Source: an uncultured bacterium (GTDB lineage Bacteria > Patescibacteriota > Patescibacteriia > UBA9570 > XYC2-FULL-38-9). Taken from it: a DNA stretch of 64,000 nt. The notes below the pieces were generated by a model that saw only the letters and a list, made by a program, of their open reading frames with translations, searched no databases and was not told the origin of the DNA. Below, in pieces: positions 10,780 to 19,952 of the stretch (the stretch's first letter is position 1; every line of letters starts with the position of its first letter). A program made the position numbers and the translations under genes. Location: positions 117,571 to 181,570 of the forward strand of contig CALKUP010000001.1 of assembly GCA_937996685.1 (NCBI GenBank), given 5' to 3'.

Positions 10780-12609
10780 ATGAGTACATTTGAACAGCGA
10801 CGAGCGACACCAGTTGGTGAGTCTGCGTCATCTCCTGAAGCGGTTGTTGCTATTCAAAAAGGTTTGCAGCAAGTGCGTGAGATTGAAAAAGCGATTATTG
10901 ATGCGCGGACAGAGGATCAAACAAGTGATATTTCAGGTTTTGCGACTGAATTAGAATCAATCGCCGAAACAGCCGAGAGTCTCTTTGTGTCTGTGGCAGC
11001 TCGTGGGGCATTAGAGCATGTGGTTGCAAATGATATCCCAGCGCTCCGTTTTTTATATTTTAATGCAGGGGACCGAAAGGGGAAATTTCTTGCGACGGCC
11101 AGTGATTATCAAGGTCTTGCGGAGGAGGGTGTGGTTGTTGGAGGAATGTATAATGGCGCAACAGAAGCGTATACGTTGAAAACGTTATTCGATGATCCGC
11201 GTGTGTTGCCGTTTCAAGGCGATCGCTCAACTGAAGAGTGTGTGTTATTGTTTCAAGAAATGCAGCGCCCATTGGTTCGTCGATATCTCGAGAGTCAATT
11301 GAATGTGCGGTTTGCTGATTTGAATGTGCGCGCGCAGTTGCAATGTATTGAGTATTTAGTGAGTGGTGACCGGCAGCTCATAGAAGCACTGTCAACAATT
11401 ACACATCGAGACGGTCTTGAAGCCGCTCAGTTTTTGCAATTATTTTTTTCTTTAACAGAAAGTGTTGCCATGGCTGTGCCGATTATTGAGGCTGGCAGAA
11501 CACTTCCAGTGTCAGAATTGAATGACATTGCCCGCGGATATAACGGTGCAATGCGTGGAATTGAAGCGATTGAACAACGGATTTCCGATGCAATGCATCT
11601 GAAAAATCAGGCAGATGCTTCTGCTGTTGACCGAGTTGATACACGACGTGTTGCGCAGGCTTGGGTGCGTCGTGCAAATCGAGCTCTGCAAAAAAGCTTG
11701 GGAGAACCGGCGCATGTGACGCAGTTATTTCAAGGGATTGAGCGTGATGCCTTCTTTTTTTCAGCACTGCTCACTGAAACACTAAAGCAACAAGCTGGTG
11801 ATTTTTCTTTTGAAGATTTTGTCGGTGTTTCATATGAGCAAATTGATGGCGCAGTTCTTGCGGCAGACGAGATGGGTCTCCGAGATCAATGTCTCGCGAT
11901 TGCTCGAGAGCATTACGCGAAAGCGTCACCAGCGCTGGTTGAGCGATTGCAAGCATTATTATTTCCGCAAGACGAAGCAGGTCAGACGCGTCTCGAACAA
12001 AATCAATTTTCATTTGTGTTACGCAACGGCCGGCTTGAAGCCTTTTTGAGAGCGCAGCCAGCAGCGGATGAGAGTGTGTTTGTCGCAGCGCTGCAAGTGC
12101 ATCCGACGCTCCAAGGTGCGGGCGTTGGCGAAGCACTGCTTGATCGAACAGTTGTGCAATTTGCGAAAGAGCGGCTGGTTCGCGGAACCGTTGTTCCTGA
12201 AATCCAAGCAGGTGTGCATTATGTTGAAACGCTCGGCAATACATTAACTGGTTTTACTGAACCACAGGCAACCGGAACGCCATACGGGTGGTTCACAATG
12301 GAGTTAGATTTACGGCCAGATGCCGCTCGCTATGTATTGCAGTCACCTGAAAAAACATCAGATGTATTAGAGGCTGAATCACGTATCAATCTTGATGAGG
12401 ACGCGATCGCAGACATTCTTACAGAGCGTCCGCAGTATGTTGTGATGCAATACGCAATGCAAACTCCAGAAGATATTCGTGTAATGACAGATCGTGTGCG
12501 GCAGATGTTAGAGACAGGGGAATATCGTGTTGTGCGGATGTTTGGGAGCGCTGCAGATGCAACGCAACGGCTATACGGATTTGAGCGTGTCCCACAAAGC
12601 GAGAAATAG
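10780..12609 (+). CDS. Protein with C-terminal GNAT acetyltransferase domain
   Basis: VHPTLQGAGVGEALL (Q/RxxGxG acetyl-CoA motif A); ATG 10780 just after the upstream stop. Confidence 0.7.
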   Translation: MSTFEQRRATPVGESASSPEAVVAIQKGLQQVREIEKAIIDARTEDQTSDISGFATELESIAETAESLFVSVAARGALEHVVANDIPALRFLYFNAGDRKGKFLATASDYQGLAEEGVVVGGMYNGATEAYTLKTLFDDPRVLPFQGDRSTEECVLLFQEMQRPLVRRYLESQLNVRFADLNVRAQLQCIEYLVSGDRQLIEALSTITHRDGLEAAQFLQLFFSLTESVAMAVPIIEAGRTLPVSELNDIARGYNGAMRGIEAIEQRISDAMHLKNQADASAVDRVDTRRVAQAWVRRANRALQKSLGEPAHVTQLFQGIERDAFFFSALLTETLKQQAGDFSFEDFVGVSYEQIDGAVLAADEMGLRDQCLAIAREHYAKASPALVERLQALLFPQDEAGQTRLEQNQFSFVLRNGRLEAFLRAQPAADESVFVAALQVHPTLQGAGVGEALLDRTVVQFAKERLVRGTVVPEIQAGVHYVETLGNTLTGFTEPQATGTPYGWFTMELDLRPDAARYVLQSPEKTSDVLEAESRINLDEDAIADILTERPQYVVMQYAMQTPEDIRVMTDRVRQMLETGEYRVVRMFGSAADATQRLYGFERVPQSEK

Positions 12610-13332
12610 CGATTTGTGCATTTGCGCGATATGTTCGTGGTGAATCATTGCCGCGGCTGGGGTGTTCGTGTGCAAAACATAAAATGCAACTGTGTCGTTG
12701 TAAATTTCAACTGGTGTGACAAACGGGTATTTTTCCGCGTCTAAAAATTTGCAGGTCGTGTATTCTGGGTTGATTTGTTTCGCGAGCTCTCGAGATTCTG
12801 GCGTGTCTGTGAAAATAATATATTTATGAATCTTCTTCGCAATGCGTTGTTTCATATATTCCGCATTCAGCTCCTCAGCAAAGGCGTTAATGGTTTGGCT
12901 ATTCGCAAAGGTGTAAATAGTATCTTTGGCTTGGAGTGAATCAAAGAGCGCTTCTTTCATTTGCTCTGGGCCTTCATAAAACCGCATGCCTGGTTTTCCG
13001 AGGAGGGTATTGTAATTTCCGGTCAGCTCCCGAATCGTTTCATTCATTTCGCGCACTTGCAGAGCAGTGGACCGTTCTTTTTCTGTAATAAGAGCTGCGA
13101 GATTTTGCGGATGACTACTGCGGTAATAGGCGACACGCCCATCTTTTCGGTGCTCAACTAACCGTTTGGCGCTGAGTTTTTGCAAGGCATCATAAATATT
13201 CGCACGACTCAAAGCAGTCGCTTTTTGTATATTCGGAACAGTGAGCTCGCCCTTATCTTGGAGGAGGAGATAGATAGTGGTTTCCGCAGACGAGAACCCG
13301 AATTCCGTTAAAATAGTGATTGTAGATAGCAT
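12571..13332 (-). CDS. TrmB-family transcriptional regulator
   Basis: N-terminal wHTH (GFSSAETTIYLLL...LSRANIYDALQKL) plus effector domain (VEIYNDTVAF); TGGACA-N17-TATACT promoter on - strand at 13340-13368. Confidence 0.85.
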   Translation of the reverse strand: MLSTITILTEFGFSSAETTIYLLLQDKGELTVPNIQKATALSRANIYDALQKLSAKRLVEHRKDGRVAYYRSSHPQNLAALITEKERSTALQVREMNETIRELTGNYNTLLGKPGMRFYEGPEQMKEALFDSLQAKDTIYTFANSQTINAFAEELNAEYMKQRIAKKIHKYIIFTDTPESRELAKQINPEYTTCKFLDAEKYPFVTPVEIYNDTVAFYVLHTNTPAAAMIHHEHIAQMHKSLFLALWDTLKSV

Positions 13333-13442
13333 AGAATGGAGTATAGCAGAATAATCTTGATTTGTCCAATAATTATCAGACAAATGATTGCTTTAATATT
13401 AGCAAAATATATCAAATATATACACATCTGTCGACAATAGTA

Positions 13443-13620
13443 TTGACAAATTCATCATATCTTGTCATACTACGTAGTCTTGTGAATCACGGTTTACAAG
13501 ATTGCACATTTCAATAAGAACAGTTTTGTCAAAAAGGTTGCAGGACAGAAGTTGGTGACGCTCACCATTTTCCGCCCTGCAACCTGATGTCTCAGGCTCT
13601 GTATGGGATTTGGAGGTCAC
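13443..13620 (+). promoter_or_regulatory. Promoter plus structured leader of islet C (hairpin, boxA-like, hairpins, SD)
   Basis: TTGACA-N17-CATACT; hairpin 13477-13502; TGCACATTT 13503; AGGTTGCAGG/CCTGCAACCT stem; GGAGG 13612. Confidence 0.7.
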
Positions 13621-14025
13621 ATGACCAACACCGCCACCCCGATGTCCGCATTTGAGACCGTCAGCACCACCGAGGCGCCCGCGTGCGCGTCGCATCCCTT
13701 GACCGAGGGGGTGGTCCCCCACAACGCCAGCCCGCGCGAGCGCGCGTGGGCGGACTGGGTTCTCACCCAGGCCTTCCGCGCGGAGTTCCCGGCCGAAAAG
13801 GGCTGCGGGCAGGGCTACATGAAGAACTTGGGAAATCCCGGGTCGCGCGCGGTTCCGACAAGTGTCCGGACCGTATCTTCCCCGGGCATGACGCAGATCC
13901 GCCTGCTGACGGCGGAAGAGGTCGCTGTCCTGCGTGTCATCTGTGACATGCACGGTTACCCCAGCACCTCAACCAAGGTGCTGGACCCGGGCACCGAAGA
14001 CGCTCGGATCGAGATCCACTACTAG
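13621..14025 (+). CDS. Hypothetical protein; GC-rich islet C
   Basis: ORF 13603..14025; ATG 13621 after GGAGG; very GC-rich. Confidence 0.7.
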   Translation: MTNTATPMSAFETVSTTEAPACASHPLTEGVVPHNASPRERAWADWVLTQAFRAEFPAEKGCGQGYMKNLGNPGSRAVPTSVRTVSSPGMTQIRLLTAEEVAVLRVICDMHGYPSTSTKVLDPGTEDARIEIHY

Positions 14026-14322
14026 GATCTCCGAGCCCGGAGTAGACATCTCCGGATAACGAAACAAAACTGTCTCAATCGGTCGGCGGCGCAATTCTTC
14101 GGAATTCGCGTCGCTGACCTCTTCTTCTTTGCGCAGCTTGTGATCGTTGTAACACAAGGTGAATAAAGAAGCGGAAATTCCGCTGTACTTCTCCGTCTAG
14201 ATTTTTTCAGACAGAAGATATACCTAATATTAGTAATAAAAAATATTTTTTATACACACCGTTATATGCGTGTACGATGATATTTTGTATACTAACGGTT
14301 ATACATTAGTAAGATACTTTTT

Positions 14323-16710
14323 ATGTCAGAAAAAAGCCTCTGGATGCATAAATCAAATAGTCAAGGTAGAAATAATCACGATAAAAAAATCATTTCAGAG
14401 CAAATAGACTCAATTGATATAGATAGTGAGATAGTTACAGAGTCAACACGTTTTGCTCAAATGTTACTAGATGATCAAGGTTCTGATATTGTTACGGCGC
14501 TTGAAAAAAGTGGCGTATCTGCATCAGATATAGAGCTTGTTTTTTCTCTTTTAGTAAGTCGTTCAGATGAGGCCATGGTTTCCTGGGGTTACGGAGACGA
14601 TGTAGAAAAGCGCCCCCTGTCTGATTTGTCTCAGCGTGATTTTTATCGAGCTCAAAATTTTAATTACAGGTTAGGCAAAATATTAAAATTATTAGCACTA
14701 CAAGGTAAAATTAATATACAAAGAGTATTATTGGATGTTTTTGATAGTGTAGATGCAAAAAATGAGGAAAAAACAAGTGTCATGTCTTTTGTGGATAGCC
14801 AACTTGATCCTGATGTTCAGTCTGACGAGAGTACAATAATTTTTTTTGAAAGTATTAAGGGGCAATTTTATTCAGATGTTCTCACGGTGTTATTGGCAAA
14901 GCATGATTACAATTTCATATTAAAATATGAAAGTACATTGTCATTATCAAGCGCGCAAATTTCTTTTTGCATTGACCAGATGGTCGCCAATGGTGAATTG
15001 ACGCAGCTGATTGAGCTTGCTCGTTATCGTCATATTGGTCAAGCATTTATTACAACTTTTAAAGAAAATGTTTTAGAAAAATTATCAATAGAGCAATATA
15101 TTGCATTATTAGAGCCTGAAGACAATTACGTTGTGCCGTACTATTTTCTTGACGAAGAAAAAATAATGCAACACCAATTTACTGATACTCCAAAAGATCG
15201 TGATCTTATAAAAAAGATTTTATATGTTTCAAGCGATCTTTCAGAAGCTTGTGTTCAGTATTTAGCACGACAATTATCAATTTTTGATCACGTTGCTGAT
15301 TCTCCCTTTTTTGTTAAAAGTAATATAGTCCGTGTCATTCAACAAGTTGATTTAAGTCGGCCAATTTTTACAGAACACCCAGATGAGGCAATGAATATAA
15401 TTCTTCAATTTCCTTGGTTGCAGGCTGATGGTAATGGAGAAACAGAATGGGAAAAAATGCCTATTGGACTACCTGAAGAACGTCAGGCTACGCTGAACAT
15501 GCTTTTACAAAAAGTACCAACAGACCATCAAGAGGCATTTATAAAGCGCTTTAATGAACAAGGTATAACTGATGGCCAGATGAAGTCTTGGCTTGGCCGC
15601 CGCGCTTTTAAAGCGCCTGATGAGTGGACTGAGGCGGTTATAGGTGATTTAATGTTTACTCGTTTGCAAAACCGATTTAGTCACAATATTCATGATGCGT
15701 CTTATTTTTTGTCCCATTTTCAAGCGCCTGAATCCTTAAAAGGAGATGATTCCGAGATCGTAAAAAAGCGAAAAAGTTATAATGCGACAGCTCAAAGGTG
15801 GTTAAAAAATAATATCTCAACACCTGCTGAGACTTTGGTATTAGCTTGGCAAAACCGTGATGCAGCTCTAGTAGATGGTTGCGCTGACAATCCTTCTGCA
15901 ATTATTCTATGGACAAAAGCGAATGCGGTGCGTCGTGTGTTAGATGGATTCAGTTTTGATGAAGCACCAAATCGTTCTGTTATAGAAGCTTTTTTAATTG
16001 AAACAGTACGTCAGACGTCGCCAGAAAAGGCAGTTGATATCTTCAGGAGAATTCAACTAGCGCATAATATTGAAGCGTTATTACGTCCGGTTAGGATTGA
16101 TCTTGGAAATGGGTATATCGGTGAGATTTTTCGAAAAGATGATCCTCGAGGGACAACAATTGGCGCTGATACGGGGTGTTGTATGTCAGTTGGAGGAGCG
16201 TCTGAAAGTTGTATTATCGCTGGCTACACAGATCCTCGCTATGGTTTTTTTGGACTATATCGTCAAGGAGAGTTAATTGCGCAGTCTTTTTTATACACAA
16301 ATCCAGAACAAGCTCCTGGTGTGCTTGTGTGCGACAATATTGAAGCTAATAAAGCTCGGGATCTGAAAAAAATACTCGATTTGTATCAAAAATTTTTCAC
16401 ACTGTATGGAGCGGCGAGTCCCGTCTCTTTTTCTCAGATATATGTTGGAGAAGGTTATTCATCTATTGGGTTGCATGATTTGTCGGAAGTAGATAGGTTA
16501 AAGCGCTCAATGTCTCCTTTGCCAATTTATACTGATGCTGAAAAGCAACGATTGTTAGCGTCGGTGCAAATCACTCCATCCCAGGCTAGTGAGTCTATTC
16601 AATGGCTGGACAGTGATCCTGTTGCCCGATTTAATACGGGTCCAATAGCGATAGATTGGGAGGCGGATGACGATGAGGATGAGGACGGAGACGATGATGA
16701 TGGTTTTTAA
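14323..16710 (+). CDS. Hypothetical protein with conserved-looking C-terminal TGCC...AQS...DNIE domain
   Basis: 795-aa ORF in an AT-rich block; acidic tail. Confidence 0.8.
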   Translation: MSEKSLWMHKSNSQGRNNHDKKIISEQIDSIDIDSEIVTESTRFAQMLLDDQGSDIVTALEKSGVSASDIELVFSLLVSRSDEAMVSWGYGDDVEKRPLSDLSQRDFYRAQNFNYRLGKILKLLALQGKINIQRVLLDVFDSVDAKNEEKTSVMSFVDSQLDPDVQSDESTIIFFESIKGQFYSDVLTVLLAKHDYNFILKYESTLSLSSAQISFCIDQMVANGELTQLIELARYRHIGQAFITTFKENVLEKLSIEQYIALLEPEDNYVVPYYFLDEEKIMQHQFTDTPKDRDLIKKILYVSSDLSEACVQYLARQLSIFDHVADSPFFVKSNIVRVIQQVDLSRPIFTEHPDEAMNIILQFPWLQADGNGETEWEKMPIGLPEERQATLNMLLQKVPTDHQEAFIKRFNEQGITDGQMKSWLGRRAFKAPDEWTEAVIGDLMFTRLQNRFSHNIHDASYFLSHFQAPESLKGDDSEIVKKRKSYNATAQRWLKNNISTPAETLVLAWQNRDAALVDGCADNPSAIILWTKANAVRRVLDGFSFDEAPNRSVIEAFLIETVRQTSPEKAVDIFRRIQLAHNIEALLRPVRIDLGNGYIGEIFRKDDPRGTTIGADTGCCMSVGGASESCIIAGYTDPRYGFFGLYRQGELIAQSFLYTNPEQAPGVLVCDNIEANKARDLKKILDLYQKFFTLYGAASPVSFSQIYVGEGYSSIGLHDLSEVDRLKRSMSPLPIYTDAEKQRLLASVQITPSQASESIQWLDSDPVARFNTGPIAIDWEADDDEDEDGDDDDGF

Positions 16711-16718
16711 TTCTTTCT

Positions 16719-19163
16719 ATGCGTCGTAAAGTTTACGTACCAGAACAATTGATGCAAGAAAAAAAAGTAGAACCCCCAAAGGTATCTAGAGAATTGCATT
16801 TAGAGGTTTTAGATGCATTTCGAGCCCCGAATGATGCCGACTTTCAGCGTTTGTATGGAATGGCAGTAATTCATTCTGATAGGGCAAGAGTTGAGCAATT
16901 AGAAGCTATATTTGAAAAAAGATCATCGCTTGTAAGCTCGACGGAATTATTAATTCCAGATCAGATTGTTCGTGGAAACTTTTTTGGTTCCGATGCAGAT
17001 ATTGATACACGCTTAACTCATAGATATGATGACGTTGTCGCTGGTATTGATTTTTGGATGAATTTTAATTCATCTACCGAAGAGATTGAAAGTGGAAAAA
17101 TAATTGGCGTTGATGTTACAGCGAGTCCCCGTGAAATTGGTGGTAAATTAAGAAAAATAGAGTCACAGCTTCGTGCGGGGCACACTGCAACAATAAAATA
17201 CTTCGAATCACCTAAGGTGGATAAATTGGGCAGGTCGTATGTCCATCGTGGTAAGCAAGATGTAATTCGTTTAATTACTTCATTAGACCGCTTATTATGG
17301 TCTTCAATTGCTGAAAATCCGGAAAGCCTTGATGAGCACCCGTATAAGGCCATTGTGTTAGAACAGTTGTTGTTGCAGTTAGAAACATTGTTGGCGTATT
17401 CAGAAACTGTTAATCATCGAGAGTTTTTGCGTTATATAAAAGCAAGGAGCGCCCTTGAGACGGCCCTACAAAACACGGTCATTCCTAATGTGGACGAGAG
17501 CGATTTTAATAATAATCCTAGTTACACGCTCATGCGAACAGCCTTGATTGATGTTTTTGGTATTGATGTAATCGGAGAAGAGGGTGGCTTGTTGCTTCAA
17601 CGATATATGAAAAATCCAGTAGTGATTACACCTCCGGTTGCTGAGGCGCCTGGTTCTGAAATCAACACAACAACAGATTTAACGAAGGCTTATTCATTTG
17701 TTGGCATACAAGATATTCAGAAGCGAGTGCAGGCAAGTAAAACAACTGTGCTGCGGTATTTGCATGAGCTATTTAATGATGAAGATTTTTCTTCAGACGA
17801 AGAAGGCTCTCAAGCATTTCGTATACGGTCTGATATGGCGGACCAGCTTGTGGAGCGTATACAGAATTTAAGCACGGAGCTCCCGTTGCCTCCAGAAAAC
17901 TGGCAATCGATGCGCAGCGTCGCTGAAGGTCTTGGCTTGTCGCCGAATAGCTTGCGTCGGCATTTCCAGGCATTTATAAAATTTAGTGATTCTGCCCAAG
18001 TAATGGTAGCGAGAAACACAATGGGGCATGACGGCTTATTCTTTTCCCCAACTGCTGTAGAGCAAGTATTAAAGGCAAAGTTTTCTGGAATTAGTTTGCG
18101 GCCGCGTATTGAAAAGCCAGTTGATCCAATTTGGTACGATGTAGATCGTGTTGCTTTAGAATTAGGAGTGTCATGGATATTGGCAAAAAGTTTATTAGAG
18201 TGGTCTGTAGCTGAGCATCCAGAATGGAAAAAAGATAAAAAAACCGCCTCTCATAAAAAGGGTTACCCGGTTTATCATATTGATGCAGTTAATGAGGCAA
18301 AGGTCATTTTTGCAGACGAAGGATTTGGTCGAATTAAAAAATTAACTGATCAAGGCTACATGTCCAAGAGTCAGGTATGTGCGTTACTGAATATAAGTTC
18401 ATTTAGTGAATTTCAAAATGACTTTTTTCCAGATGATGTAAATGCTGTTGTCGTTGTACGTAGTGGATATAAGGCAGAGCAAAAAAATTTGATTTTTTGT
18501 GCGCCATACTTCATTGAAGCTCTTCTTGCAGAAATTGAAAAGCCAATTCCAGAAGGATATGCTTTGGAATCTAGCATTGCTTCTAAAAGAGGAAAGCGTA
18601 CGATACCAGATACTATTATTGGTAGGTTAATTACAGAAATGATTGAGGCTGGCGTGTCACAAGATGATATTTATGTTGAAAGATATTCAAGGCCAGGAGG
18701 GTTGGGGGGTGAAAGCACAAGAAAAACACGGTATTATGCGCCTGCATTTGAAAGTCGTTATATTATGCATGACCAACAAAATGAAATTCCAACTGGTTAT
18801 CAAAATGTGACGGATTTTTATAGTCGATACCATTTAGGAAGAAAGGAAGTAAAAGAGCATGCGGATCGTATTGCCGTTTCAATAGGAGATCAATGTATTT
18901 ATAAGGTGACAAAAGGGAAGATGGTGTATGCTTTTTATGCCCCAGAAGTCGTGGCAGCTTTAGACAAAATTTTACCCCCTGCAAATTGGTATACTACAGC
19001 AGAAGCTGCTAGTCTTTTAGGTTTAGAGAATAAAAAATTGCTTTATAATTTACGTGATAGCTTAATGAGTCTTGATGATAAATCTGTCCGATATTTAGGT
19101 TCAGCTACAAAGCGAGCGTGGTTTTTTTCACCAGAATTTATTAATACTTTAAAAAAATCTTGA
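16719..19163 (+). CDS. Hypothetical protein: possible PD-(D/E)xK-like N-terminus plus array of excisionase-type HTH repeats
   Basis: YDD..GID...GVDVT motif; repeats such as WQSMRSVAEGLGLS and WYTTAEAASLLGL, several followed by FF(S/A)P-like motifs. Confidence 0.7.
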   Translation: MRRKVYVPEQLMQEKKVEPPKVSRELHLEVLDAFRAPNDADFQRLYGMAVIHSDRARVEQLEAIFEKRSSLVSSTELLIPDQIVRGNFFGSDADIDTRLTHRYDDVVAGIDFWMNFNSSTEEIESGKIIGVDVTASPREIGGKLRKIESQLRAGHTATIKYFESPKVDKLGRSYVHRGKQDVIRLITSLDRLLWSSIAENPESLDEHPYKAIVLEQLLLQLETLLAYSETVNHREFLRYIKARSALETALQNTVIPNVDESDFNNNPSYTLMRTALIDVFGIDVIGEEGGLLLQRYMKNPVVITPPVAEAPGSEINTTTDLTKAYSFVGIQDIQKRVQASKTTVLRYLHELFNDEDFSSDEEGSQAFRIRSDMADQLVERIQNLSTELPLPPENWQSMRSVAEGLGLSPNSLRRHFQAFIKFSDSAQVMVARNTMGHDGLFFSPTAVEQVLKAKFSGISLRPRIEKPVDPIWYDVDRVALELGVSWILAKSLLEWSVAEHPEWKKDKKTASHKKGYPVYHIDAVNEAKVIFADEGFGRIKKLTDQGYMSKSQVCALLNISSFSEFQNDFFPDDVNAVVVVRSGYKAEQKNLIFCAPYFIEALLAEIEKPIPEGYALESSIASKRGKRTIPDTIIGRLITEMIEAGVSQDDIYVERYSRPGGLGGESTRKTRYYAPAFESRYIMHDQQNEIPTGYQNVTDFYSRYHLGRKEVKEHADRIAVSIGDQCIYKVTKGKMVYAFYAPEVVAALDKILPPANWYTTAEAASLLGLENKKLLYNLRDSLMSLDDKSVRYLGSATKRAWFFSPEFINTLKKS

Positions 19164-19250
19164 TTGATATACTCACAGTTTTGGTGCTTTCGTTGTCGCC
19201 AGCCTCATTGAAGAGGTGCTTGGAACCATCTAATATCACTTAATAATCTA

Positions 19251-19422
19251 TTGACGCATTGCTGCTTTTGTGGCACTGTATTGAGCTTTCTTGCCGCAAG
19301 CAGGAAAGGTGTTCTTTGTCATGATATTTGATCAGGTTCGTGAAGATTGAGAAAAAGTTTCTTTGTTTTCGCGAGCCTGATCAATCCACATGAAGTGGAG
19401 AATATGGCTTATGGAGTTTCCT
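19251..19422 (+). promoter_or_regulatory. Promoter plus structured leader of islet D
   Basis: TTGACG-N17-CACTGT with TG extension; hairpin 19285-19310; TGTTCTTTG 19310; TTGATCAGGTTCGTGAAGA/TTTTCGCGAGCCTGATCAA stem; GGAG 19413. Confidence 0.7.
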
Positions 19423-19806
19423 ATGCGCACTGTTTCCTTCCTTGAGCGCCATGATCGCAAGCTTCTCAGCCTCGAAGATCGGCAGTACCTGAGCCAGGTG
19501 TATGAAAATACAAGTACCGCTAGCGATGATTTTTTGCTCGGTTGTATACAGGCTGCGGCTGAAAAGAACGGCCTTAGTTTTGAGCAGGCGGTTGATGTCT
19601 TTGACCGGATAGTTGCCTGGTATAATTACGTAAACATCGACGGGGATGAGCTTGCTCAGATGATCGGAGGTGACATCCTGCGCCTTCTCCGAGAATCTGA
19701 ACAGGAACTCAAGGAGGAAGCCACTACCCTGCGGTGTGTCTTCGGCATGTTCGGCATCTGCGTCGTGTTGTTTGTCGTTTGGTTCATCCGGGTGGTGATT
19801 GGCTAG
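19423..19806 (+). CDS. Hypothetical protein with C-terminal TM helix; moderately GC-rich islet D
   Basis: ORF 19390..19806; ATG 19423 after GGAG; hydrophobic C-terminus. Confidence 0.7.
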   Translation: MRTVSFLERHDRKLLSLEDRQYLSQVYENTSTASDDFLLGCIQAAAEKNGLSFEQAVDVFDRIVAWYNYVNIDGDELAQMIGGDILRLLRESEQELKEEATTLRCVFGMFGICVVLFVVWFIRVVIG

Positions 19807-19952
19807 TTCCTGCTCGACTTGGTTCACGACGTTCCGCCGCCGCTCTAGACGAGAGCGCGACGCGGCAAAAAAAAGAAGAGGTTCGTTATTACAACGCGAC
19901 CTCTTCTTACATCTTCCATTGGACAGAGTGTAGTCTCTGTCTAGCGGATGGT

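Noticed and set aside
14221-19250. CTAATAT..TAATAA at both ends of the AT-rich block as att sites
   Set aside because: Short, imperfect and low-complexity.
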